Source: Candidatus Latescibacterota bacterium
GTDB lineage: Bacteria; Latescibacterota; UBA2968
Direction of reading: 5' to 3'
Length of the DNA stretch: 64,000 bases
Assembly (NCBI GenBank): GCA_965204375.1
Contig: OZ241986.1
Span: 3,520,001 to 3,584,000, forward strand
Made by a program: the position numbers and the translations under genes
Part shown: positions 34,671 to 45,334 of the stretch, piece by piece
Layout of the letters: every line of letters starts with the position of its first letter
Numbering within the stretch: the stretch's first letter is position 1
Notes under the pieces: model-generated
Seen by the model: the letters and a program-made list of their open reading frames with translations, nothing else
Told to the model about the DNA's origin: nothing
Databases searched by the model: none

Positions 34671-36638
34671 ATGGCTCTTTCTTCTGCTCAGGAGGCGATA
34701 TATCCAGCGACTAAACCGAAGCTGATATCGTGGAAAGTCGTGGTCGCGGGCCTGCTGTTAATCGTCGCATCGGACTACTACATCAACTGGTCCACCGTAA
34801 TCTTGCGGGCGTCGAAGAACAACAAAGCTCTATTCCCGATGGGCCTGTTTTTCCCTTTTGTAGTACTCGTAGGGACCAACCTGCTACTCAGATGGGTAAA
34901 ACCGCAATGGGCACTGAACCGGGGACAACTGTGCGTAGCCCTGGGCATGGGACTGATCGGCTCGCTATTCCCATTCTATGGCCTGGCATCCTACGTCGTC
35001 GGCACCATTGCCGCGCCCTATTATTTCGCCACCCCGGAAAACGGCTGGGCAGAACTGCTACACCCCAACATGGTCTCCTGGCTGGTCATGAACAACGAAG
35101 ACAAAGCCGTGACCCATTTCTACGATGGCCTGCCTCCGGGTCAGCCCATACCCTGGAGAGCCTGGGCTGTACCTGTATTCTGGTGGATGACCTTTGTGGC
35201 CGCAGCGGCCTGCGTGGCCCTCTGCCTCATGGTAATACTGCGAAAACAGTGGGTGGAAAACGAACGCCTGGAATTCCCGCTCATGGAAGTGGGCATGCAG
35301 GTCGCTCAGGTAGATAAGCGCAATGGCGGACTCTCCTTGCTCAACCAACCGCTCTTTCGCGTGGGTTTCTGGATCGGGATATTTGCAGTATTCTGGAACA
35401 TCATCTCGTACTTTTATCCCTTAATACCGGGGCTACCAACCACGCACACCGAAGGCCAGTGGTTCCGCTGGCTGGAAGGCGCCAAACCCTTCTGGGTACA
35501 AATCAGCATTTACGTCATAGGCTTTGCCTACTTTGCGCGAGTCGAAACCCTGTTCAGCTTCTGGCTATTCTTTCTCTTCACAGAAATCGAAGTCGCAACC
35601 TTTGATCGCCTGGGAATCGCGGCAGGACACGGAGGCGGCGAAGCCGTGCGGTCGCAAAATTTTGGAGTACTATGCGCCTATGTCATGTTCGGACTGTGGA
35701 TGGCGCGGGGACATCTAAAAGCCGTATTTCGGAAAGTCTTCAAAAATGCCTCCGACGTAGATGACTCTCGAGAAGCAATGTCCTACCGCGCGGCACTAAT
35801 CGCCCTCATAGCCTCCCTGCTGTACATGGTAGCGTGGCTACACGCCGCCGGAATGGAAATCCGGGTCGTCGTCCTGTACCTGTTTTTCACCGCAGTAGCC
35901 TACATTGGAATGGCCCGATTCGCCGCAGAACTGGGCCTGCCTTATGGAGATATTGCCTACCACTCAATAACCTGGACACCCCTCCACATCATGGGCGGGC
36001 AAACAGTAACAGCATCCACACTAACCTGCCAGGGCTATCTATGGGCCATGTTCGGAAAAACCCGGGGATTTCTGGGACCGCCAATCGCGCAAATGCTGAA
36101 ACTGACCACACCGCTACGCGTCGAAAGGGGGCGTTTATTCGGCGTAATCGTACTCGCCGTAGTAGCAGGCGCGACATTTGCCATACTCCACGCCATATAC
36201 ATGGGCTATTCCGGCGGCGGCTTCAACCTCAGAGCCGCGTGGAACCTGTTAATCGGACCACAGCGCTCCTACGATGCCTCAGTAACCTGGATCCGCAACC
36301 CGGAAGCACCCGACGTAGAGCGCATGTTATTCATGGGATCCGGCGTATTGATCACAGCCGTACTCACCTATCTGAAATACCGCTTCGTACACCTGCCCCT
36401 CCACCCCGTAGCCCTGATGCTACAGGGCACCTATATGGCGCAAAAAACCGTATTTTCGGTATTTCTCATCTGGATCTACAAAGCGACCATACTAAAAATA
36501 GGTGGCGTGCGCCTCTACAGAACAGGACAACCATTCTTCATCGGTCTGCTAATCGGATATGCCATAGCGACATTCTTATCCTGCGTAATAGACAGCATCT
36601 TCTTCTTTGGACAGGGACACCTGGTACACGGATTTTAG
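34671..36638 (+). CDS. Polytopic membrane protein, putative transporter (DUF6785/DUF6784-like)
   Basis: PYYFATPENGW, IPWRAWAVP..WW, LRKQWVENERLEFPL, LHPVA, PFFIGL; many hydrophobic segments. Confidence 0.75.
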   Translation: MALSSAQEAIYPATKPKLISWKVVVAGLLLIVASDYYINWSTVILRASKNNKALFPMGLFFPFVVLVGTNLLLRWVKPQWALNRGQLCVALGMGLIGSLFPFYGLASYVVGTIAAPYYFATPENGWAELLHPNMVSWLVMNNEDKAVTHFYDGLPPGQPIPWRAWAVPVFWWMTFVAAAACVALCLMVILRKQWVENERLEFPLMEVGMQVAQVDKRNGGLSLLNQPLFRVGFWIGIFAVFWNIISYFYPLIPGLPTTHTEGQWFRWLEGAKPFWVQISIYVIGFAYFARVETLFSFWLFFLFTEIEVATFDRLGIAAGHGGGEAVRSQNFGVLCAYVMFGLWMARGHLKAVFRKVFKNASDVDDSREAMSYRAALIALIASLLYMVAWLHAAGMEIRVVVLYLFFTAVAYIGMARFAAELGLPYGDIAYHSITWTPLHIMGGQTVTASTLTCQGYLWAMFGKTRGFLGPPIAQMLKLTTPLRVERGRLFGVIVLAVVAGATFAILHAIYMGYSGGGFNLRAAWNLLIGPQRSYDASVTWIRNPEAPDVERMLFMGSGVLITAVLTYLKYRFVHLPLHPVALMLQGTYMAQKTVFSVFLIWIYKATILKIGGVRLYRTGQPFFIGLLIGYAIATFLSCVIDSIFFFGQGHLVHGF

Positions 36639-36650
36639 AGGAGAAATTTA

Positions 36651-37595
36651 ATGGCAGTTGACACCAGAACACATGGCTTAACCGCGGAAGAACGCGAGAC
36701 TTACGCAAAAGACGGATTCTTCATCCGACCAAAAGCCTTCGACACTTGCGAAATTGACGCACTGCGCGACAGAATCGAAGACCTCGTAGAACTCATCGAG
36801 ACCTCCAAAGTATTGCCAGAGCAACAAAAACAAGCAATTCTAAAACGCAACATCGGAATCGAAGCGACTTCTGGACCCGCATCGTTAAACAGCATAACGC
36901 GACTTCACAGATTCAGCGCACTGGTGCGATCCCACATCCGCGACCCAAGGAGACTGGAAGCGGTCACACAGATCGTAGGATCGGATCTGTTCTGTCCCAA
37001 CGACCTGTACTTTTTCAAACCCCCGGGCACCGGGCGGCCCATCGCGTGGCACCAGGACTCCTGGTACTTCCGAAACACGTATATCAGCAGCATAGGTGAC
37101 GCCATAGAACAAGCCTCAATTGGAACCTATCTGGCACTGGATGACGCAGATGAAGAAAACGGATGCTTGTGGGTAATCCCCGGCAGCCACCGCCTGGGCG
37201 TAGTAGATCACAGCCAGGTCGAAAGCGACGAGTACTTATTGCAAAAGAGATTGACCGTATCCGACGAAATGGAAAAACAGGCACTACCAGTAGAAGTGCC
37301 AAAAGGTGCGCTCGTATTTTTCAACAACGCCCTGTTTCACCGCAGCACCCCCAACAGATCGGATCGGTTTCGGCGGGCCTATATCGTACACTATATGAAA
37401 GCGACCATTCAGCATACCAATACCCGGAACATGCAGAGGATCGCCAAAGAAACGGAGCACTGGGGCACAAATGAGATGTACATCTGCGGAGTGCCCGGAA
37501 CCGTACAAACAACGCCCGAAAAAGAAAGCATGAACTGGGACAAGGCCCTGGGCCGAACATTGACAGAAGACGACATTCGGATTAAAAGGAAATAA
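36651..37595 (+). CDS. PhyH-like Fe(II)/2OG dioxygenase
   Basis: FKPPG..WHQDSWY, NGCLWVIPGSH, HRSTPNRSDRFRRA. Confidence 0.93.
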   Translation: MAVDTRTHGLTAEERETYAKDGFFIRPKAFDTCEIDALRDRIEDLVELIETSKVLPEQQKQAILKRNIGIEATSGPASLNSITRLHRFSALVRSHIRDPRRLEAVTQIVGSDLFCPNDLYFFKPPGTGRPIAWHQDSWYFRNTYISSIGDAIEQASIGTYLALDDADEENGCLWVIPGSHRLGVVDHSQVESDEYLLQKRLTVSDEMEKQALPVEVPKGALVFFNNALFHRSTPNRSDRFRRAYIVHYMKATIQHTNTRNMQRIAKETEHWGTNEMYICGVPGTVQTTPEKESMNWDKALGRTLTEDDIRIKRK

Positions 37596-37596
37596 A

Positions 37597-39063
37597 ATGC
37601 CAGATAAACGCCCCAACATCCTCTACATCATGACCGACGACCATGGAACCGGCGCCCTGAGTTGCTACGGCAGCCAGATCAACCACACCCCCAACATGGA
37701 CCGCATTGCCCACGGAGGAATGCGTCTGGACAATTGTTACGTCACCTACTCCCTGTGCTCGCCCAGTCGCGCCTCCATCTTAACAGGAAAATACGCACAT
37801 CTCCATGGACAAACATCAATCGGTGGAAATATCTTCGACGGCACACAACAAACATTCCCCCGTCTATTACAGGACGCGGGATATCAAACAGCAATCATCG
37901 GGAAATGGCACCTCCACAGCATACCAACTGGCTCTGATCACTACAGCGTCATGTGGGGACAAGGCTCTTATTTTGATCCCAAATTTATCGAACCCGGCGA
38001 ACATGGTCCCGTATGGAAAGAAAGCCGGGGATATTCGACAGACCTGGTAACCGACAAATGCCTGGACTGGCTCAAAGAACGAAACACCGAACAACCCTTT
38101 ATGCTCTTATGCCATTTCAAATCCCCCCATTACAACTGGGAACCGGACGAAAAACACAAAACCATGTACCAGGATGAAACAATCCCCGAACCAGAGACAT
38201 TTGACCACAATTTTGGAGACAGCCCGGTACCTCCCGAAGCATTGCAAGTCAAGCTCGAAACCGTCCATGAACAATGGAATATCACCCATTGGGACGCTAT
38301 GCCCGAAGGATTATCCATGCAGCAGCAAAAACACAGAAACTACCAGTACTTCATCAAAGACTACCTCCGCTGTGTGGCATCGGTAGATGATAACATCGGG
38401 CGGCTCCTCGACTACCTCGACGAACAAAACCTCGTCGAAAGCACAGTTGTAGTATATACCTCAGACAACGGGATGTTCCAGGGCGAACACGGCTGGGTCG
38501 ATAAAAAAATGATGTACGAAGAAAGCCTACGAGTTCCCTTCTTAATCCGATACCCCAGAGAAATAGCAGCGGGAACCCACACAAATGACATGGTCATCAA
38601 CCTCGACTATGCACCGACCTTCTTAGAATACGCCGGGCAACCCATCCCCGCAGACATCCAGGGAAAAAGCCTGGTACCCCTCCTGCGAGAACAAACGCCA
38701 GAAGATTGGCGAACCGCCTTTTACTACCAGCACTTCGACATCCACCCCGACGGCGAACTGGCAAACTGCGGTGTACGCACCAAAAATTTCAAACTAATCT
38801 GGTACAACCACAACTACGACCACTACCAGCTCTTCGACACCCAAAAAGACCCCAGCGAAACCCGGGATGTATCCGAAGACTCCGAATACGCCTCAACAGT
38901 ATCCGAAATGAAAGCCTTGCTGCGGGCAGAACGCGAAAAAGCGGGCCTGACAGACGAAATAGAACAACAAATATTTAACAGCGATAACATACCTCAAACG
39001 CGCAAGCAGATGAACGCGTTATTGCAAACGATAGATGCCAACACCGCAAAGGAAAAACAATGA
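37597..39063 (+). CDS. Cys-type sulfatase
   Basis: RPNILYIMTDD, CSPSRASILTG, GKWHL, TSDNG. Confidence 0.95.
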   Translation: MPDKRPNILYIMTDDHGTGALSCYGSQINHTPNMDRIAHGGMRLDNCYVTYSLCSPSRASILTGKYAHLHGQTSIGGNIFDGTQQTFPRLLQDAGYQTAIIGKWHLHSIPTGSDHYSVMWGQGSYFDPKFIEPGEHGPVWKESRGYSTDLVTDKCLDWLKERNTEQPFMLLCHFKSPHYNWEPDEKHKTMYQDETIPEPETFDHNFGDSPVPPEALQVKLETVHEQWNITHWDAMPEGLSMQQQKHRNYQYFIKDYLRCVASVDDNIGRLLDYLDEQNLVESTVVVYTSDNGMFQGEHGWVDKKMMYEESLRVPFLIRYPREIAAGTHTNDMVINLDYAPTFLEYAGQPIPADIQGKSLVPLLREQTPEDWRTAFYYQHFDIHPDGELANCGVRTKNFKLIWYNHNYDHYQLFDTQKDPSETRDVSEDSEYASTVSEMKALLRAEREKAGLTDEIEQQIFNSDNIPQTRKQMNALLQTIDANTAKEKQ

Positions 39064-41048
39064 AAAATGCAAAACTCCGCTACAGACAGGTACACCTGGA
39101 CTTTCACACCTCTGAACACTGTCCGAATGTCGGGGGCAAATTTGACGAAGACCAGTTCATCGGCGCCCTGAAAAAAGGACATGTCAATTCCATAACCATC
39201 TTTGCACAATGTCATCACGGCTGGTGTTATTACCCCACAAACACGGATATGAGGCATCCCAACCTGCAAACCGACCTCGTCGGACGCATGCTCGCCGCAG
39301 CCAAAAAAGCCGACATCAACATGCCCGTCTATATCACCGTACAATGGCAGGAAAAAGCTGCCCGCGAACATCCCGAATGGCGCGTCAGGCGACCCGATGG
39401 GGGCTATGTGGGACGGCCAACCATGCATCCCCATACCCCTCTGCCACACGGCGGATGGTATCGCCTGTGTTGCAATACGCCCTATCTGGAAGCGAGTGTC
39501 TTGCCCGTATTGACAGAAGTAATGGACATGTACAACCCCTCTGGCATCTTCCTGGACATCACCGGGGAAGAAATTTGCACCTGTGATTGGTGTATCGCCA
39601 GCATGCACGAAAAAGGGCTTGACCCCAATAACGCTGGAGATCGAGTTATCCACTCACAAGAAGTGTACAAAGACTATCTAACCAAAACCACCGACATCAT
39701 CTGGAGCCGCAATCCCGACGCCACAATTTATCACAACGGAAGCGACAAAAAGGGTAGGCACGACCTCTACCCCTACTGGTCGCACCACGAAATCGAATCC
39801 CTGCCAACCGGCATGTGGGGATACAACCACTTCCCGACAAACGCGCGCTACTTCACAAACCTGCCCGACTGCAACGCAATCGCACAAACGGGCAAATTCC
39901 ATCGCATGTGGGGCGAATTTGGCGGCTTCAAAAATCCAGTCGCACTGGAATACGAAGTGGGACAAATCATCTCATTAAATTGCCGCTGTATGGTCGGCGA
40001 TCAACTCCATCCAGAAGGAGAGATGGACGAAGAAACCTATCGCATCATAGGCGAAGCGTACAAACGCGTTGAAGAACGCGAACCATGGCTGGAAGGTGCC
40101 GAACACGTGGTAGATGTAGCGATCCTCGCACCCTCGGGCGTACACAAAGACAGAGACCTGGAAGACAGCGAAGTCGGCGCCGGCCTCATGCTCATGGAAA
40201 ACCACATCCCGTTCTTAATGCTCGACGAAACAATGGATCTATCCCCCTACCAGTTGCTGATCTTACCAGACAGCGTGCGCGTGGACGACGCCCTAAAAGC
40301 GAAAATCGATGCCTTTCTGGCAAATGGCGGCAAGCTCCTGTCATCTGGCGAAAGCGGCCTGGACCCTGCGGGAAAAGATTTTGCGTATGACATCGGCGCC
40401 AAATATACTGGCCCCTCGCCCAATGACATAGAATATGTAGTCGTCGAAGACGCCATCGCCGCAAATTTGGTACGCACCCCATTCCTCGTCTATGAATCTG
40501 GCGTAACGACAAAAGTGACAGACGGCGAAATCCTCGCAGCCGCGTGGAAACCGTATTTTAACCGCACACACGGAAAATTTTGCTCCCACCGAAACACCCC
40601 TTATGAAGGCGACGCGGGTTGGCCCTCTGTCATACGCAAAGGCAACGTCATACACATCGCACAACCCATCTTCAGAGTCTATGACGACCAGGGAATGCAA
40701 TTGCACCGCGACCTGGTAAAAAACTGTATCGACCTGCTCTACGACGACCCCTTATTGCAGGTCGGCCTGCCATCGTGTGGCCGCGTAAATCTAACCCGCC
40801 AACCCCAGGAAGGAAATCGGCTAATCCTGCATCTCATGTACGCCAACCCCATCAAACGGGGCGACACAAATGTAATTGAAGACATTATTCCACTATACGA
40901 TATTCCGGTCTCATTAAAAGCGGACCGCGACATATCTCGCGTGTACCTCGCCCCCGAAAATGAGGACATTGAATTTGCAGTATCGAACGGGCGCGTGTCA
41001 TTTACCGTGCCCAAGGTCGAAATGAATCAGATTGTAGTGATTGAATAA
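39060..41048 (+). CDS. Glycoside hydrolase, GH151-like alpha-L-fucosidase with trimerisation-type domain
   Basis: RQVHLDFHTS, FAQCHHGWCYY, GIFLDI, EIESLPT, TGKFH..WGEFGG, GDQLHP. Confidence 0.75.
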   Translation: MKNAKLRYRQVHLDFHTSEHCPNVGGKFDEDQFIGALKKGHVNSITIFAQCHHGWCYYPTNTDMRHPNLQTDLVGRMLAAAKKADINMPVYITVQWQEKAAREHPEWRVRRPDGGYVGRPTMHPHTPLPHGGWYRLCCNTPYLEASVLPVLTEVMDMYNPSGIFLDITGEEICTCDWCIASMHEKGLDPNNAGDRVIHSQEVYKDYLTKTTDIIWSRNPDATIYHNGSDKKGRHDLYPYWSHHEIESLPTGMWGYNHFPTNARYFTNLPDCNAIAQTGKFHRMWGEFGGFKNPVALEYEVGQIISLNCRCMVGDQLHPEGEMDEETYRIIGEAYKRVEEREPWLEGAEHVVDVAILAPSGVHKDRDLEDSEVGAGLMLMENHIPFLMLDETMDLSPYQLLILPDSVRVDDALKAKIDAFLANGGKLLSSGESGLDPAGKDFAYDIGAKYTGPSPNDIEYVVVEDAIAANLVRTPFLVYESGVTTKVTDGEILAAAWKPYFNRTHGKFCSHRNTPYEGDAGWPSVIRKGNVIHIAQPIFRVYDDQGMQLHRDLVKNCIDLLYDDPLLQVGLPSCGRVNLTRQPQEGNRLILHLMYANPIKRGDTNVIEDIIPLYDIPVSLKADRDISRVYLAPENEDIEFAVSNGRVSFTVPKVEMNQIVVIE

Positions 41049-41063
41049 AGAAAGGAGTCTCTC

Positions 41064-41975
41064 ATGGCAGAAACAAAAAAAATCGTCCGATCGGAGCCCT
41101 TTGTAATCAACAAAAACATGGGCAGTCCGATGGCGATATCCACCCGAGATCTAACGCCCAAAAATGCGGATGGTCTCCCGGTAGTCTTGCCCACAGAAAA
41201 ACAAAAATACGACTTTGATCGCAATGGGTGGCTCTTGATCCCCGGCGTACTCTCAAAAGACGAATGCGACGAAATGCGGACCTTTGCCGAGCGACTGGCC
41301 AAAGACCCCGAAAGCATACCCGAACACGAACGCTGCCCACTTGGGGGACCATTGCAAAAATTAGCCGACCACCCCGTTATCGTCGGATTCATGAACGAAT
41401 TTGTAGCATATCCTCCTCTCGCCAACGACGAGCGATACGGATTCAGACTGGAAACATCCCACCTGTTTTACCGCGATGCTGAAACACCCGGAAAATTTAG
41501 CCCGCATAACGGCAATGGCCTGTTTCGCATGCCCTGGGACTCGCACTTTTACCGGTGCATCCCCGGCAAAGCCTGGAGCGGACTAACGCGCGTGGTATGG
41601 GAATTTAACCCCGTCAAAAAAGGCCAGGGCAGCACATTATTTGTAACCGGCAGCCACAAAGCCGCTTATCCAGCACCCGAAACCGTCCGCGCCCCCGAAT
41701 CAACCATGTGGGAAACCTACGGTTGTCCCCCCGGATCGCTGTTGTTCTTCACCGAAGCAATCACGCACAGCGCACATCCCTGGACCAATACCGAAAATAA
41801 TCGCCTCGCCGTATTCAACCTCTACAACATCGTCGCGAGCCGATGGCATTCGTGGTTGCCCCCCGAAAAACTCATCGAATCCATGCCCCCCCTCAGACAA
41901 ACGCTCTTCAGCGAACCGTACAACGAAAAAGTGGATACATTCTTCCCGCGCACAACGGCGTATATGGACGGATAA
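41064..41975 (+). CDS. PhyH-like Fe(II)/2OG enzyme with HxG motif
   Basis: YDFDRNGWL, PHNG, VTGSHKA, EAITHS, NRLA. Confidence 0.85.
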   Translation: MAETKKIVRSEPFVINKNMGSPMAISTRDLTPKNADGLPVVLPTEKQKYDFDRNGWLLIPGVLSKDECDEMRTFAERLAKDPESIPEHERCPLGGPLQKLADHPVIVGFMNEFVAYPPLANDERYGFRLETSHLFYRDAETPGKFSPHNGNGLFRMPWDSHFYRCIPGKAWSGLTRVVWEFNPVKKGQGSTLFVTGSHKAAYPAPETVRAPESTMWETYGCPPGSLLFFTEAITHSAHPWTNTENNRLAVFNLYNIVASRWHSWLPPEKLIESMPPLRQTLFSEPYNEKVDTFFPRTTAYMDG

Positions 41976-41992
41976 CTGAAAAGGAGACCAAC

Positions 41993-42892
41993 ATGGACAG
42001 CAATGGAACCATAACACCTTATATCATCGACAAAAATCTGGGCAGTCCCATGGACGACTACTCAGATGTATTGCCAAAGAAAAATGGCGACGGATTAGAC
42101 ATCATCGAACCGACCGCAGAGCAGAAATACCGGTTCGACAAAGACGGATGGTTATTGGTCCCAGGTGTATTGAGCGAACAGGACATCAAAGAAATGCGGG
42201 AATTTTGTATCCAGCTACATCTCGATCCCCAATCGCTCCCCGAACACGAGCGCACCCCGCTGGCAGGACCCACACAAAAATTGATAGACCATCCTCTGGT
42301 AGTCGGCATGATGAATGAATTCATGGCCAATCCCCGCTTATCAAGCCCCAATTGTTATGGATTCAGCCTGGCCGCCAATGGACTCTGGTATAGAACCGCA
42401 CCCACCCGGCGCAATGAAGGCAAAAGAGAAGCCCGTCAGTTTAGCCCACACAACGGCAATGGACTATATCGCCTGCCCGGCGACGCGCACTATTACAACG
42501 CCTTTCCCGGCAAAGCCAACAGCGCGCATACCCGCGTGATCTGGGAATTGAACCCCGTCAAACACAAACAGGGCGGCACACTCCTCGTAACGGGCAGCCA
42601 CAAAGCTGTGTACACTGCGCCCGACGAAATTCAAGACCCCGACTCCAGCATCTGGACGACCTATTCATGTCCGGCAGGCTCGGTCCTATTCTTTGCAGAA
42701 GCGACAACACACAGCGCGTATCCGTGGATCAACGAAGAAAACGATCGCATTGCCATTGCCAACCTCTACAACTTCGTGGATGGCGGTCACGCCGGACTAC
42801 TGCGACCAGATCCCCACATACTGAAATCCATGCCCCCAATTCGCCAGACCCTGTTCAGAGAGCGATATGCCGGTCAAAATGTCGTCAGGTGA
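41993..42892 (+). CDS. PhyH-like Fe(II)/2OG enzyme with HxG motif (tandem paralogue)
   Basis: YRFDKDGWL, FSPHNGNG, VTGSHKA, EATTHS; SD AAGGAG before ATG 41993. Confidence 0.85.
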   Translation: MDSNGTITPYIIDKNLGSPMDDYSDVLPKKNGDGLDIIEPTAEQKYRFDKDGWLLVPGVLSEQDIKEMREFCIQLHLDPQSLPEHERTPLAGPTQKLIDHPLVVGMMNEFMANPRLSSPNCYGFSLAANGLWYRTAPTRRNEGKREARQFSPHNGNGLYRLPGDAHYYNAFPGKANSAHTRVIWELNPVKHKQGGTLLVTGSHKAVYTAPDEIQDPDSSIWTTYSCPAGSVLFFAEATTHSAYPWINEENDRIAIANLYNFVDGGHAGLLRPDPHILKSMPPIRQTLFRERYAGQNVVR

Positions 42893-42898
42893 GACCCC

Positions 42899-44287
42899 AT
42901 GGACCAGAACCGACCAAATATCCTGTTCATAATGACAGATGAGCAGCGTTTTGACCACCTGGGAAGTGTAAACTCCGCGGTAAAAACACCGCACCTGGAC
43001 GCCCTCGCCAATGACGGCGTTCTATTCAGCCGGGCATATACGCCCAATCCATCGTGCGTACCTGCGCGAGCGGGAATCTTCACCGGAAAATATCCACACC
43101 AGTGCGCGGCACCCACCTTTATCACCTATCTGCCAGCGCACGAAAAGACGTTCATGAGTTATTTACAAGAAGCGGGATATTATACCGCAGTAATAGGAAA
43201 ACAGCACTTTGGCGAATCGAAAATTAAACGGGGTTATAACCATGAAGACATTATAGACAGCCACAGCCCCGCGCCTCAGAATCCAAACCGCAACTCCTAT
43301 AATCAGTGGCTATGGAACTCCGGATTCAAGCACCGCAGCGAACTAATACAGGGAAATCCCGACATCAGAAGATATTCGGAATGGAAGGCAAACCCAAAAT
43401 ACCACGTCGATCACTACGTGGGCGACCGGGGCCGCGAATGGATCGAAAGCGGCATGCCCGAGGATCGCCCCTGGTTTTGCTGGATCTCATTTCCAGGTCC
43501 CCACGGACCAATCGACTGTGGCAATCTTCCCCAGGCCGACCTGTACGACCCGGCTGAAATTGACATGCCAGAAACAAATTTCGAAATGCTGGCACAAAAA
43601 CCTCCGCACAACTCATTGCGAGGCGGACCCGAGCGCCAACAGCCTTTTACAAAAAATGAAATCCGCAAACTGCGACACGCTTATTACGCAAACGTAACAC
43701 TCATAGATGAAAAAATTGGTGCAATCGTACAGGCATTAAAAAATAGCGGCACCTATGACAACACCCTCATATTCTTCACCAGCGACCACGGCGACTTCAT
43801 GGGCGACTTCCAGCTCATGGCCAAAGGTCAAAACATAATGGAAGTACTCATGCGCATCCCCTTTATAATCAAGCCCCCAAAAGGTGGCGCACGCGGAAAA
43901 GTGGAATCATCTCTCATCTCCGCAATCGATATTGCAGCCACCAGTTTAACCGTTGCTGGCGCAGAAGTACCCGAACACATGGCCTCACGCGACCTGTCGC
44001 ATTACTGGTCCCATGCAGAAGACCTGGACGACCGGGATGAGTTATACATGGAAGCATCGGGCATTCGGTGTTTGCGCACCCGGCGCTGGAAAATAGGGCA
44101 TTATTGGAACAAACCCTATGGCGAACTCTACGACCTGAAAAACGACCCGTGGGAAAAAGAAAACCTGTGGGACCGCCAGGACATAGCAGAGTTAAAATCC
44201 AAACTACAAAAACGCTTGCTGGATAAACTGATCGAATTGAGCCAGCGGTCTTATATCGCGTGGAATCACGGCGCACCTGAATTATGA
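42899..44287 (+). CDS. Cys-type sulfatase
   Basis: RPNILFIMTDEQR, CVPARAGIFTG, GKQH, TSDHG, ELYDL..DPWE. Confidence 0.95.
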   Translation: MDQNRPNILFIMTDEQRFDHLGSVNSAVKTPHLDALANDGVLFSRAYTPNPSCVPARAGIFTGKYPHQCAAPTFITYLPAHEKTFMSYLQEAGYYTAVIGKQHFGESKIKRGYNHEDIIDSHSPAPQNPNRNSYNQWLWNSGFKHRSELIQGNPDIRRYSEWKANPKYHVDHYVGDRGREWIESGMPEDRPWFCWISFPGPHGPIDCGNLPQADLYDPAEIDMPETNFEMLAQKPPHNSLRGGPERQQPFTKNEIRKLRHAYYANVTLIDEKIGAIVQALKNSGTYDNTLIFFTSDHGDFMGDFQLMAKGQNIMEVLMRIPFIIKPPKGGARGKVESSLISAIDIAATSLTVAGAEVPEHMASRDLSHYWSHAEDLDDRDELYMEASGIRCLRTRRWKIGHYWNKPYGELYDLKNDPWEKENLWDRQDIAELKSKLQKRLLDKLIELSQRSYIAWNHGAPEL

Positions 44288-45318
44288 GGGATCACGGAAT
44301 GAACGGATATCGGATTGGAATTGTAGGATGTGGTGGAATAGCGCATCGGCACATTGCGGGATATCGGGAAGTCGCGCACGACCTGGGAGAAGTCGTCGCA
44401 GGATGTGATATAGACAAAGAGCAACTGAATGGATATTGCGACCAATACGACATACCCAACCGCTTTACAAATGCGGCAGACATGATCGCATCGGGAGAAG
44501 TCGATGTCATCAGCCTGTTAACACCCCCTGCCGTGCGCCATGACGTAATCTTCCCCGCAATTGAAAAAGGCATCCATCTCCTCGTCGAAAAACCATTTGG
44601 CGAAACATTGTGCGATGCGGTATCCTTTGTCGAAGCCGCGGAAAAAGCAGGCGTAACCCTGGCAGTAAACCACCAATTGGGATTCATGGAAGACGTCGTC
44701 GCAATGCGCGACATCATCAATTCGGGTGATATTGGCGACATACGTTATATATCGCACGACGAATTAAAAAACCGGACGCGAGTACGCGGGTGGCGAAGCC
44801 AGGAGCAGCGCCTGGAAATCAGTATCTTTAGCATCCACCTCATCGACCGCATCCGCACATTGGCGGGTAGCCCTCCCCAAAGCGTATCAGCCGTAACGCG
44901 CCATTGGAATCCAGACGTCAAAGGCGAAACCTTTACCAGCTTGACAGTACAATTTGAAAATGGCATCGTCGGCACCATGGTATCCAACTGGCATGGCTTA
45001 ACCCTATCGGAATGTCGATTGCGCGTAGATGCCACAAGAGGATCGATCCTATCCGTCAAAAAAGTCGTACTTGACGACACAGCCACATTGCACATCCATC
45101 CTCTGAATGCAAAAAAGGAAACACGCGAATTTCACCGCGAAGGGGCATTCACACACGCAATGGGTGAAAGTATGAACCACCTGATGGACTCGGCGCGGCG
45201 CGGCACAGAACCCATGCACAGTGGGCGAGGAAATTTATACACCATGCAAATTGTCGATGCGGCCTATCTATCGGCACAACGCGGCGGACAAATGGTAGAA
45301 GTGGAAGAAATAAAATAA
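44284..45318 (+). CDS. Gfo/Idh/MocA family oxidoreductase
   Basis: IGIVGCGGIA, HLLVEKP, IHLID. The start may be 44299. Confidence 0.92.
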   Translation: MRDHGMNGYRIGIVGCGGIAHRHIAGYREVAHDLGEVVAGCDIDKEQLNGYCDQYDIPNRFTNAADMIASGEVDVISLLTPPAVRHDVIFPAIEKGIHLLVEKPFGETLCDAVSFVEAAEKAGVTLAVNHQLGFMEDVVAMRDIINSGDIGDIRYISHDELKNRTRVRGWRSQEQRLEISIFSIHLIDRIRTLAGSPPQSVSAVTRHWNPDVKGETFTSLTVQFENGIVGTMVSNWHGLTLSECRLRVDATRGSILSVKKVVLDDTATLHIHPLNAKKETREFHREGAFTHAMGESMNHLMDSARRGTEPMHSGRGNLYTMQIVDAAYLSAQRGGQMVEVEEIK

Positions 45319-45334
45319 TACTGGAGGAACAGCA

